This document shows, in pieces, positions 51,673 to 63,774 of a stretch of DNA of 64,000 bases. Below the pieces are notes generated by a model, which saw only the letters and a list, made by a program, of their open reading frames with translations, did not search any database and was not told the origin of the DNA. The first letter of the stretch is position 1. Each line of letters opens with the position of its first letter. Made by a program: the position numbers and the translations under genes. This DNA comes from Glaucostegus cemiculus (taxonomy: Eukaryota): assembly GCA_976551045.1 (NCBI GenBank), contig CDPCPM010000005.1, positions 11,098,001 through 11,162,000 on the forward strand, written 5' to 3'.

Positions 51673-53023
51673 AAGAGATGAGGGAAGTATTTGTATATGC
51701 TGCTTAAAGGAACATTTCACACCAGCTTGGAATAAAAATAACCAAGCTTTAGCTTTAAAAATAGTTACATGTTATCAGATTTGAAGCACCACTCAGAATA
51801 ACTATCTGATTACTACATCACTATATGTGAGCTGAGGTGATGAGCCTATTCATTCTGGATCAGGCCCATCACCTGGAATCACCACCTGGGGTCTCTGCAT
51901 GCCTGCACATGATCCTGCTGGCCCTCTGCAATTAGGAGTTAGGTGGTGAAGTCTGGGTAATGCCTTGGCCTCAGCTGAGTGCAGAGGCCCTATACTCAGA
52001 ACAGCCCTGAAGGCTTTGACAGAGAACAAAGCAGGGGTAGAGATTGGTCTCCTGTCAAAGCGGTGCTTATATTAAATGTCTCTGACACTCAAACTATTAA
52101 AATTAAAGTAACTTAAAAGACAATTTTTGAAAGATTAAGTTAATTAAAACATATAAATTATGGACACAATTGAAAATATTATATTAAAATATATTAAAAC
52201 ATTATTTTCCCTTCTGTCCCCTAATCTGGAGGTTTAGATACTCCATTCAAATCCAAGTGGACTCGTATCATTTGCCAAGTCAGAAGTGGAATAGGGCCCA
52301 CTTGATAACTCTCCACTGTAACACTGGGGAATCCCAACAAGAATAGCCTCCAGGGGAATCCAAAGATGAAATGCAGTGACAGAAGCAGCACTGTCTGTCA
52401 ATGGGTAAGTTTCCATTTCCATTTGACAACTTGTGCTGAATGCCATTGGCTCCAGTCAACAAGATCCAACATAAATGAATTCATATTTAGGAATGCTGCA
52501 CAAGAAGCAAATTCTTTTTAGATCACATGACAGATACAAGCCTGTTATAAAGTCACTTCATCCTTTCCTGAGCCAACGTATCATTAGGATTTTAAAACGT
52601 CCTGTAGATTCCCACTCGATTCTAAGAGATCTTTTTGAAGAATTGAATATATAAAGGTTTTTACAGGATATTATACAAAACCCAATGGTATTTAGCTGGA
52701 TGAGTATTTTAATATTCAACCGTGGCGATGACATTTATGAGCTGACCAGTTAACTAGACTGGCTGCTATCACAGCATGCCCTACACATGTAGGTATTTCA
52801 TCATATATGCTTGTGATGAATTAACATCATTTAAGGTAGGATGACATTACAATTAATACATGGCCAGTTAACTAAATGATTCTGTTATGTGAAGGTAGTA
52901 TTTCCCTGTGACACATTCTTGAAGCAGTTTATACTTTTTCTACAATCCCTGATACTTCTTGAATATTATGAGTTGAATTAAATTTGTATATAAATTTGTA
53001 AATATTTGTATATATATTTGTCT

Positions 53024-53380
53024 GCAGCACAGTGGCACAGCTAGTAGAGCTGCTGCATCACCGTTCCAGCAACCCAGGTTCAATCCTGACCTCTGGTCCT
53101 GTCTATATGGAGTTTGCACATTCTCCTTGTGAATGCGTGGGTTTCATCTGGGTGCTATGGCTTCCTTCCACATCCCAAAAATGTGGGGGTTGGTAGGTTA
53201 ATTGGCCACAGTTAATTGTCCCAAGTGTGAAGATGAGTGGTGGAATTTGGGCAAGTTAATGATTTGGTGGAGAAAATAATATGGTTTGTGGGGGGACTGG
53301 TGTAAAAATGGGTGCTTCATGGTCAACACAGTTGCACTGGCTGAAAAGGCCTGTTTCCATGCCGTATCTCTTTACGACTT
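53024..53380 (+). mobile_element. HE1-type V-SINE, full length
   Basis: A box TGGCACAGCTAGT, B box GGTTCAATCC, V domain GGAGTTTGCACATTCTCC...CCACATCCCAAA, and tail AAGGCCTGTTTCCATGCCGTATCTCT. Confidence 0.9.
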
Positions 53381-53959
53381 GATGTAAAAATGTCCATACA
53401 TTACAAAACTATCATTCCAGGGATAGATTTAGTTGGCAAACAAAGATATGACTAAAACAAGAATAAAATCAATATGGAAAGTGAGTGAGAAAAAAATCAA
53501 GGCAATGAGTACAATGAAAACCTTCTTGGACTTGCTGTCTTTATTGTATTTAAACCATTGCTCATAAACAATGGTTTAAACACATGAAAATGGAGTTTTT
53601 CAATTCTTTCTGTTGTGATAAATGGAATGTTTTCTATTGATAATAGTTCACAGTTAGAATAATTAAATGTAGGGATGGTATCATTTCGATGTAGAGGCTG
53701 CTTGTGACTAAGTGCCTCATTTCAGGCAAAAGAGGAATTGGAAGCTCGAATGCTTCCTTGATCATTAGGAGATGTGCACTTTGAGTGGCAAATGACTTGG
53801 TTCATGTCTGGTAAGACAGTTGATAGAAATATTTCTGCATCTTAAGACACATTTCTCTTTAGTATAACAATTTATCAGGGATATACTGAAGAGACTCAAG
53901 CCATTGATTGGGTTAGCATACCCTTGTGACAGGATTCCCCACCCTCCAAAACATGCACT

Positions 53960-54310
53960 ATGGAGTCTGAGATTCTCACAGCACAGAAAGAGCCCTTTGA
54001 CTCAAGAATTTCTATTCTGACCATCAAGCACCTGTACTAATCCCATATACCAGCACTTGGTCCTCAGCCTAGTATGCCTTGAAGATTCGAGTGCTTGTCC
54101 AGATGCTTCTCAAATGTTGTGAGAGTGCCTGCCTCCACCACTTTCTCAGCCAGTGCATTCCATACTGCAACCATCCTCTGGATGAAAAAAAAACTCTTCC
54201 TAATATCCCCTTGAACCTCTTCCTCCACTCCTTAAAGTATGCCCTGTGGTCTTAGACACCACAGCCATGGGGAGACTTTTCTTACTACTGACCCTATATA
54301 CCCCTCCCAC
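53960..54310 (-). mobile_element. CR1 LINE 3' fragment
   Basis: Antisense ACAGCACAGAAAGAGCCCTTTG...CCTGCCTCCACCACTTTCTCAGCCAGTGCATTCCATACTGCAACCATCCTCTG. Confidence 0.8.
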
Positions 54311-57189
54311 TGTTGTATATTACAACTCTCACTGTCTCACTGAATCTCCCAGCTGTCAAACTGAAAGGGAAGCCAAGTGGTTAATCATTAGAACTCTTTT
54401 CAGTGATACTCTAATTTACTCACGAAGAAATTCTGAGAATAAGTGGAAGACTTGTTTTTCCTTTAATCAGCATAAGAAATTCTAATCTTCTGTGCAGTGC
54501 ATTCTTAAATAGCTGAGTGCAGGACCATACTTTGTAGGAAGCTTACGAGGGTTTGCACTCCAACATTTTTGCATTCTGTATCACATTTTGATACCGAGTG
54601 TTCTGGCCACGTTTGCCTGCGAACATTTGGATAATAAGGGATAATATTTGATACAACAGCATAGACTAGTGGCAAGAGCAGTACATTGTGCTTCACACTT
54701 TATCCATGCCTTTGAATGCTCATAAAGTAAACCAGCCTGCAGCTGGGAGGATTGCTTGTTTCCGAAGTAACCAAAGGTATTCTGAGTTTTATTGAATGGC
54801 ACAAAGGAAGCACTGCAGCTTTTGTTAGCTTGGAAAAATCATGAATACCACAGGTTGCAGAAACAATTAAATGACCGTTTAAAATGCATCATTTGATGGA
54901 AACCATAATTTTTTTCACCATTTTTAGACGGAGCTTTCAATATTGACATGGTTGGTCAAATAATGTTACATTGTGATTAATTGTTTCTGTGCTTACAAAT
55001 GATTTATCTGAAAAGTTTGTGCTGCAATGTACACCTGCCTGGCTGACAAAGCAATATCATTCAGGTAGGTCTGGGGACAAGCTGATTCAACCTGACTTCC
55101 ACCTTTCGTACTATCTTATTGTAGGTTTGAAACACACAAAATGCAACCTGCATTTTAAGAATAACATGCTCCCAAAAAGGATTATGATTACTGAAGGACT
55201 ATTTCCACTTAGTTTTTCTTACTCGTTTTCCCCCAAATAAAGAGAAGGAACTATAAAGAGCAAATGACAGTCTTTCAAGATATAGAATGGTTTTATTTCT
55301 GAGAAGGAGCTTCAAATAGATTCAAAGTTTAATTAACATTCACATAATTCAATTCATAATGTTCTTGGTTATTAAGAAATTCCACAAATATTATTACAGT
55401 CATCATAGAGATGTTAAAAGTCATTCTGTTTGTTTTATGAACAATATTCAAAAGGTAGTTTTGGATTACTATAAGTCCATTATCAGGATAAGCTGGAATC
55501 AGTAGGAAAGCTCAGCTGGTTGGGGGTCCTTGGTTTAATTACTGCAGAGGATGTGCATATTAATTACAAGATAAGTGATATTTACTGTACCTATGGAACA
55601 TATGACAGGGTAAGAGCATGAACAGCAATCTCTAATAAACTCAGTATGATAATGAGCAGGAAAACCCACTGAAATAGAAGGAAGAGAAAATTAATCATAA
55701 ACTGCAGTGATCCCTAAGTAAAGACACTAAGCTGTGATGAAGGGCAACAAAAAAAATGAGAGCAAAGAAATGTTAGTACAGTATACGGATTGTCATTCTT
55801 CTGCCCACATAATGACACCATGAAGAGCATGTAGACAGATCAACAAAGATTTACAATCTTTAGTAAATTAGGAGATACAGAAATGTTACCTGTAGGAATT
55901 GAGTTTGCAGGGTATCTCAAACCGTTGGTAGCCCAAGATACAAGTGGACAATGAAAGGAATATATTGTCAGTTCAGTACTAACAAAAAACACATTGATAA
56001 ATTCATCCAGAGAGAATCTCCTCCTTCCTTTGCAGACACCAGTTTTTCTGAAATCTGTGCCACAAGTTGAATATGTTTTGTGGGTGACAAAGTAGTTTGT
56101 GAAATGTGTCGTAAATTTGCCTTTGCTAATTTAAACCTGTTCACCCTTTGTCTTAAGGCCATGTTATAAATTTGCTGTACCCCATCATACCCCGAAGTTA
56201 TTTCGAAGTAATGTCTTCTTGACTAGGTTTTTTTTCTGACCTCTCTGAACTCTACAGTTTCTTCTCATAACTCAGTGGTCTGACAAGTTCAAGATTAGTG
56301 ACAAAATGTGCTAAAATGGGACTCTGAAATTGGCTCAGAACAGTTTGTTCTTATGTCACTGGGGAATGATTTTTGTGCTGAACATCATTGGTGGCATGTG
56401 CATAAGTGGCAAGATTTGCAAGCTTTTGCATGGTTGCATAAAGTAGTCATGAGTAATTTTGGGAGTTATATGAGAACTGCAAACAAAGCTGTGCTATCTC
56501 CATTGTGTCTGGAGCTCTCAATTACAAGTCCTGATGGAAATAGTTGGTGGCTAGTGATGGGCAGACATGAAAGTCACACCCAGCTTTTCTGGCAGTGACT
56601 TGGAGGTCATGTTGGCTGAGGTAAACACCTAGGGAGAGGATTCGAGCACTGGAAATCTCTGCAGAAAGTACATAATGCTCACTTGAATAATAATCAGAAA
56701 TGTTGTCCTTCTTTATATAAGAGTAAAGCCCCATTGTTTTCTGTTACTGACCCTGCAAAAAAGATGGTGCATCTCTTTCCTTTTCTTAGGGATTATTTTT
56801 CTGTTCATAGACCACACTGTTCTTGAGACCATATCTGTGGTTGATTGTTGTAGTAGAGATTTCAAGCATACATAGTGTGACAACTTACATCACTGTCATA
56901 TGCCAGAATCTTTCTTGTTTCAGTGTGCTCTCTGCTTGATATAATGTTACAATCTTGTTTAGCAACCAATATTGCTCTACTATTCGATTCTGACACATAC
57001 AGAAACCTATGATACACTACTGAATTTCAATGCCTAGCATAAACCTTGGACCACCTGAGAGCTTGTAAAATTTCTGTCTCCATCTCCCATCATAGGGAAA
57101 ATAAACCAATCCATTTTAAAGGTACCAATCAAAATTATTTTAAATATTTGACTTTCAGAAAGATAACATTAGGTAAGATTGTCTCTTAT

Positions 57190-57600
57190 CAAGGGTGATG
57201 AGTAGCTGTGAAGAGATTTGAGAAATTACAGCTTTTATCATGAGCTGAGAAGGTCAGGAGGTGATCTACTAGAAGTGTTCAAGGTAATGAAGATCAGTGA
57301 AAAGACAAATAGTGATTGATTGCATCAACTGGTTAGCAAACCAGGAACAGAAGGAGACGAATGTAAGATAATTATGAAAGGTAAAGGCACGGAGTGTAAA
57401 AATACCTTGGCATTAAAAGTGACTAGAATTGTCTACTAAAAGTAGTTGCAGAAGCAATTCCATAAATTCCTTTGGAAGGACGTTTGATGCCTTCTTCAGA
57501 AAAATGATTAAAGGGTACATGGAGAAAATGAGATTAAATGGCAAACGGTATTGCTGTGGACTGAAGGACATGCTCTGTGCTGTAAAGTTTTGTAAATCTA
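57190..57600 (+). mobile_element. Old CR1 LINE 3' fragment
   Basis: GAGAAGGTCAGGAGGTGATCTACTAGAAGTGTTCAAGG (RRxGGDLLEVFK) and tail GGACTGAAGGACATGCTCTGTGCTGTAAA. Confidence 0.65.
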
Positions 57601-60600
57601 CAGATGAAATGTGGCATACCTAAAGCTGATCAAATTGAAAGTATTGGTGATGATCTTAAAAGTTGAACATTAATATACAAACAACCAAACATCCAGTTTG
57701 TAATCTGTTAATCGAAGAGCCATCAAGGACACAGATTACTAATTATGAATTTAAAAGCATTCTTTCACTTTAACTTCTTGTACAATCTGAATATTTGCTG
57801 TTACAATATTTTAACCTTGTTTTTATTTGTTTTGCCCTAAAAAGGACAACCTCAGTGAATATTGTTTGATGAGCCCTTCATTTTGATAAGTTGCCAAAAT
57901 GCCAGGTGAGAAACTCCTGAATGTAAGGATCTACAAAGAACATTGTTAAACAATTATTATTTTATATTAGCTGTTGCCCACTTTCCTGGGCACTTTAACT
58001 CACAAACACTTTGTATCTATTTGTTCACATGTAGACCCATGTAAGTAAAGGCCCTCATTTTCCTCTGGGAGAAAATCAGACCAATTAATGCATGCACAAC
58101 AGAACATAATTCATAGTAGTTACAGGTATGGACTTTCAGAGATGTAAACTTCAAGTGCAACATCATTTTGCCTTTGTGGTCTCTTACTAACCATAAAAGC
58201 TTTTTGCTTTTACCAGTATAGGTGATCCCCGTATTACAGGGGGAGAGTTGCCTTTCTAGAAAATGGGCTACATCGTGATTTTCCATAACACGAAGCAATA
58301 TCATCCACGCATAAAAAAATAACCTTTGTGTTGATTTATTTACTTTCTTCCCCCCCCACACAGATTCAGTGAGAGCAAATTTTATTCTGTATTTCAAATT
58401 TTTGGGTAATGATTTGTGAATTCTGTAAAGGCAAATTTCTGAAACTTGAAGAGTAGTAACGAGGGGATCGCCTGTACATCTAACATTCCCACGGATGGGA
58501 GGAGCCAACTTTGTCATCCCACCATTCAAGATTGTTATACTCTGGAGCCAAAAGCCTCCTCCTGGGTTCCTTAAAGTAATCCTAGGCCAGGTCAGCAACC
58601 TCTCCTAAGCACGTTGAATGAACATTTTGAATTATCACTCTGGGTTGTTGTTCACTGAAGTGGAGGATGGATTTAAAAAGGCAAATTAAAAATACATTTC
58701 CAAAGCTTCCTTAATGATATTGGTTTGGTAACAAATCTGGATGAGCTGAAAACATAGAAATGGTTGCAGTGTCAGTCTGAGAAAAATTGCTGTAACATGA
58801 ATGCATTTTTAATCTACACCATAAATAACATTGCAAAGGCTGAGGGCCTGAAAATTCACCTGCACCTTTAACAGAGTGTTAAAAGGTTGTTGTGTGGCTA
58901 CCAATGATCATTTTGGTTGTAGACACATTAGAGCAAAATTCATTCACCTGTTACACCCTATCCTTTCCATATCCAGGTCTGGGGCTGGGTGTTGCCATGA
59001 TGTGACCAGGGTTGGATTGCCAGTGCTGACCTTAAAAACCTGCTTTGCATCTCCTTCTGCAGCAGTGCAATGAAACCCGATTTTTTTTTCTGGGAGTGCC
59101 CAATGACAAGCACTTCCCAGAACAGCGGGATGTAGTTCACCAGGAGTGACATCATCCTGTGCAACTGCCACAGAGATCAATTCACTTGCACAAAGTGATT
59201 CACGACAGCATGTGTTCAGTCAGGTTTTCAGAGAGATGCATTTCGACCCACAAATAGTCACAATCGCTTTCCATTCTGGGAATATATTTTCAGGTGCATT
59301 TCAAAGAAAAAAAATAGTGCAATGCTTCCCAATTGCCAGTCCGAGAAGCCTCAGTAAAGGACATCTTGCTCTGGATCATGTTGTTAGCTACATATGTCAA
59401 TCACTAAAACAAAGATGAAATGGTAATAGATATGAAACGTCATTGATTTTCCTAAAAGCAAGCAGATTGCTTTAATTTCCGGCACTTAATTTGAGCTTTT
59501 TTGCCTATAAAGCTGTTTTTTTTTAATTCACAGTTCAATCTGTCAACTCAGAACTCTGCACCCATTTGATGCAGTATATTAAAACTGTCATGAAGCAGGG
59601 ATATCACATAATGTGAGCTACAAAAGTTTATAGGTGATGACGTGACGATGATACAGTGGTGCCAAAATGTCATTTTTTCTGTAAGGGAGCAATTGAACCA
59701 CACAGTATTTCACCAACATCTGGCCTACATAGCTTGCTGCTCTTTGTTTTTTGACTGTACTATTGTTCATTTGAAACTAATTGTTTACAGACGCTCTGAA
59801 AGGATTTTAGTAGGTATTAATTCAGTTTCAAGTGCATTTGATTAGAGTCTCACAATTCCTTCAAGGGAAGCTCTACTAATGTTAGGATTCATTATAAATA
59901 AGCCCCATTGTTTCAAAACTCCCATTTCAATCTAAATTTTATGTATTCCAGATTGAAGATCAACTGAATATGTTGAAAATCATAGGCCTCAGTAACTGGG
60001 AGCTCCACCTCCTCCTCTAATTTCCCAACTAGGCTTAATGCAGTCATGCACACAGAATTTTGAGGAGGAATCGCTGGATAAAGATCAGGATGACGATTCC
60101 TAGCTGACTTTTTAACCCCTGCTTTTTGATCAAAGAACAATGATGAAGACTGTCACCTATTCACCTAAAATGAACTACTAATTCTTCTTAGGCAGTCCCT
60201 TGGGATCGAGGATGACCTGCTTTCACTCTGGTTTTCTGTATTCTTAGGTGGGTAAGTTTGTGAGGTGGTGAACTCTGGCTACCATTTACACACTTACATT
60301 ACTAAATAAGTAATACCTAGTTGTTCTGTGAATAAATAAGAATGGTTATATTTCAGGTCAGTGAAGTTGAAAGTCACACTGAAGATGAATTTTGCTTGTT
60401 GCACCATTGTTGTTGTATTTTGGGGAAGTTTACATGAGAGAAGAAAGGTGCTAGAGTTTTTAAAAAAAAGCACTAATGTCAGGAGTTAAATTTCTCAAAG
60501 GATGCTTACATGTTCTCCTGATGATTTACCACTTACATGTGCTCCTGATGACATAGCCTCAAGGTTCTCAATACCATCCCAAATGCTATTTCTCAACTTT

Positions 60601-60688
60601 GAGTGGCCATGGGCCAGAGATTCCTGTGAGTCAGTGGGAATGTTACGTTTCTTCAAGGAGGCTTTCAGCACATGCTTGAATCTTTGCT

Positions 60689-61090
60689 GAGACACAAAAA
60701 ATTCTGCAGATGCTGGAATCTGGAGCAAGACACAAAAAGTACTGGAGGAACTCAGCAGGTCAGGCAGCATCCATGGAGGGAAATAAACAGTTGATGTTTC
60801 GGGCCACGGCCCTTCATCAGGAATGGAAGGGAAGAGAGCAGAAGCCAGAAGAAGAAGGCGGAGGGAGGGAGAGGAGTAGATGCAGGCAGGCGATAGGTGA
60901 ATTCAGGTGATAGGTGAGAGGGGGAAGGTAGTGGGTGGGAGAAGGGGAAGAAGGTGTAATAAGCTGTGAGATGATAGGTAGAAGAGGCAAAGGCCTAAGG
61001 AAGAAGGAATTTGATAGGAGAGGGCAGTGGATCATGGACTAAGGGATGGAGGAGGGGAGGAGAGATGGGCAGGTCATCAAGGCAGGGAAA
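60689..61090 (-). mobile_element. Penelope-like terminal segment inserted into the RTE
   Basis: ACACAAAAAATTCTGCAGATGCTGGAATC...GCAGGTCAGGCAGCATCCATGGAGG, then the hammerhead core and a purine-rich tract. It splits the RTE peptide GRQKK|RFK. Confidence 0.85.
60785..60826 (-). ncRNA. Minimal type I hammerhead ribozyme motif, Penelope-associated and partly decayed
   Basis: Minus strand reads CCAUUC-CUGAUGA-A-GGGC-CGUG-GCCC-GAAAC-AUC-AACUG: intact CUGANGA and GAAA boxes, a 4-bp stem II, and an NUH triplet. Confidence 0.65.
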
Positions 61091-62689
61091 CTTCTTCTGT
61101 CTGCCTGGTAATCTTGTCAGATAGGTACTTTCACATGCACTTTTCCTCGAATGACCAACAGATATGCTGGCATATAAAAGAATAAGGCAAGTTTTATCAT
61201 CTATGTCTGCCTTCGCTGTGAAGTAGCTCCCAAGTTCTCAATTGTCTCACCATAAACCTTCATTGTCAGAGGGCAGTGCAGTGTAATGGCACAGGTTGGT
61301 AGAAGATCTTTGTCTTGCTGAGATTGAATACAAGGCCCATCCTCTCATATTCCCCACTGAACAAGTCAGTGATAGTTTGGAGATCTGCACCTGAGCGTGT
61401 TCAAACACATGCATCATCTGCATACTGCAGCTCAACCACTGAGGTTTGAGTGATCTTGGTTCTGGAATGTAGTCACTGTAGGTTGTACAGTTTCCCCATT
61501 AATTCTGAAGATTATCTCCACTCCCACGGGAAGTCTGTTGGAGCTGAGGTGCAACATTGTGGCAGAGAAAGATTGAGAAAAATGCTGAAATCAACTAACT
61601 TACTGTAGACTGGGTCCTTGAAATTTCTGCACACAACTCCAAAAAATCGGTGCTGTATCATTGAAAAATCAGGTTAACCCAGAGCTAAATGGCAAATATT
61701 TCTGAGTATCTTAGCATCCTTTGAGAAATTTAAGTCCTTACGTTAGTGCTTTTTTAAAAACTCTAGCACCTTTCTTCTCTCATGTAAACTTCCCCAAAAT
61801 ACAACAACAATGGTGCAACAAGCAAAATTCATCTTCAGTGTGACTTTCAACTTCACTGACTTGAAATATACCATTCTTATTTATTCATGGAACAACTAGG
61901 TATTACTTTTTTTAGAATATTGCAAGGGATTAATATTCTGTTCAAAAGGCCTATATGAACAGATATCCTGATGGATGTTTTACACTTGCAGCTTTTTATT
62001 TACTGTGAAAGTCTTTAGTTAAAATTATCAATTGATAATTTAAATGATGGGAAATTCAATAGATTTTTTAACCATGCAGTTTGTATTATTAATAATGTAA
62101 AAACAACAATATTCAGCAAATATTTTATTGTAAAAAGCTACTTGGCATTTGCTATCTGGAGACACTAAAACTTTTAATGTAATGAAGCTCAGGTGCATGT
62201 GTCAAATTATGGTGTAATCCAGCTGGCTGTAAAGATCATAAAAAGATTATAATAAAGATTTTGTACTTGGGACAACTTCTGAATATGTATTGCTCTACTA
62301 AGTTTATTTTAGTGGTATAATACATATTGTAGCCTAATTTTGGTTTCAAGAGACATATTACATTCCTCTGCACTATTACTAACATGTTTCCAAGTGCACA
62401 CAGATTTGGTTTGCAATGATTCAAATTATGATGCAAACTCCCTAATGCTTTGGCTAAAAGCTGTTCTTATTACTGCTGCTCTTTGTACCATTCTGTGCTA
62501 GGCATAAATGAATTTTATGAGCTCCTTGTTTGCCATTTCCAAAAGGCAGATCTTTTTGTAAAACTAATACAGAGTCTCAGAGCTGAAAATAAATGCTGTG
62601 TCCTTGTCTTTTCAGCAGAAAAACATTATTGAAATGCTTCCCTTTTCCAAGACCTTTCCTGCAATTATCAAACTTTACCGAATCAAGAG

Positions 62690-63430
62690 AATTGTTTGGC
62701 AAATAGCAGCAAAGGCTTGTGTCCTTGTCAGAACACCTGCGGTAGTCTCCGAGCAAACACGGGTGTCATGATGTTTTCCTCTAATGACACCTCATCAATC
62801 CACTCCTATCAGCATCTGAGTCACTGAGGTGACTCAGAGCACTCAGAAGAGAGGGAAATGTCAATGTTTTGGGAGAAAAGGTCAGTCACAGCTTCCCTCT
62901 TCCCTGCCAAGCCACAGTGGGCCTGCCGTTCATTATCTTAATTAAATCCAGCAGATGAACATCTTCTTATCTGTAGGGGAGGAGAGCAGGGCCATGATGC
63001 AATAGGATTTGCATATCCAAAGTTAATTAGTGCGGAGGAGCAGGTGTACAGCAATAATAATTATCACACATGACAATCACCTGTGACCACTTCCCAGCGC
63101 CCTTCCGGGATTCAGCAACACGATTGCTCTGCCTTTTTTTTTCTCTGTTTTTGTTGATGCCCATCCCATGCCAGTTGTGTCCTTGTGCCAGTGAGTAGCA
63201 ATCTGAGCCGTGGTGCTGAGTTTTAGCTTTGTTTTAGAGCACTCGTTCGTTTTAATGCTGCTGTGTCGAGCAGGAAGGCAGCTTTTTCATTATTCAGAAT
63301 ATCACTGTGTCCTAATTCAGGACTGAGATTGTGCACAGAGTAATATCACAGGAGAAAAAGGGAATTGCGATACAGTTTAAACTGCAGTTTCGTTAATTCT
63401 CCCACCATTTTACGATCGTTATAGAAGGCA
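62690..63430. promoter_or_regulatory. Candidate conserved enhancer (CNE-like block)
   Basis: Repeat-free with retained CpGs. Octamer ATTTGCAT 63007-63014; TAATTA at 62939 and 63024; E-boxes at 62952, 63041 and 63078; paired AP-1 palindrome at 62815-62838. Confidence 0.4.
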
Positions 63431-63774
63431 ACTCATTTAAAGAGAACATTTGCTCTGTGGGAAATTTTCATATATTCTAATGCAAAAAGCATTAGAAGAG
63501 GAGCTTTACAGACTATTCTTTTTATTATAATATTTCATTTCTAAAAGCTGCCTTGCTACTGAAGTTAAACTTAAACTAGCTACTGAAGTAAACCTGTATT
63601 TGCTTGGAGACTACTGCCAGCAGTTGCTGAGTTTGTCCTTACACTCTGCCGTTCTCCAGTCTGATTGCAAAACTCCTGCATCTAACAAGGAACGGAACAT
63701 TATCCCTTCTGCAATTTTCACTCCCACTTTATCATGAGAGGATTTGAATATAGAAGTAAATATGTCTTACTGTG

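Larger units (their letters stand above)
60182..61590 (-). mobile_element. RTE-clade LINE remnant, internally deleted and interrupted twice
   Basis: Minus strand: GKLYNLQ*LHSRTKITQTSVVELQYADDAC (YADD at 61413-61424), MGLVFNLSKTKIFYQP, ADIDD, LPGRQKK, then the insert, then RFKHVLKASLKKRNIPTDSQESLA (60555-60688). 3' end TTCTTCTTAGGCAGTCCCTTGGGATCGAGGATGAC at 60182-60216. Confidence 0.9.
60308..61908. repeat. Long inverted repeat: arms 60308-60506 and 61713-61908
   Basis: Manual alignment gives ~6 substitutions and 2 small indels over ~198 bp, including a perfect stretch of >100 bp. Confidence 0.97.

Noticed and set aside
53024-53095. tRNA-like A/B boxes
   Set aside because: These are the SINE head; there is no full cloverleaf and the V domain follows immediately.
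58017-58598. 193-aa minus-strand ORF
   Set aside because: No motif or codon-bias evidence and a non-ATG start; a chance ORF.
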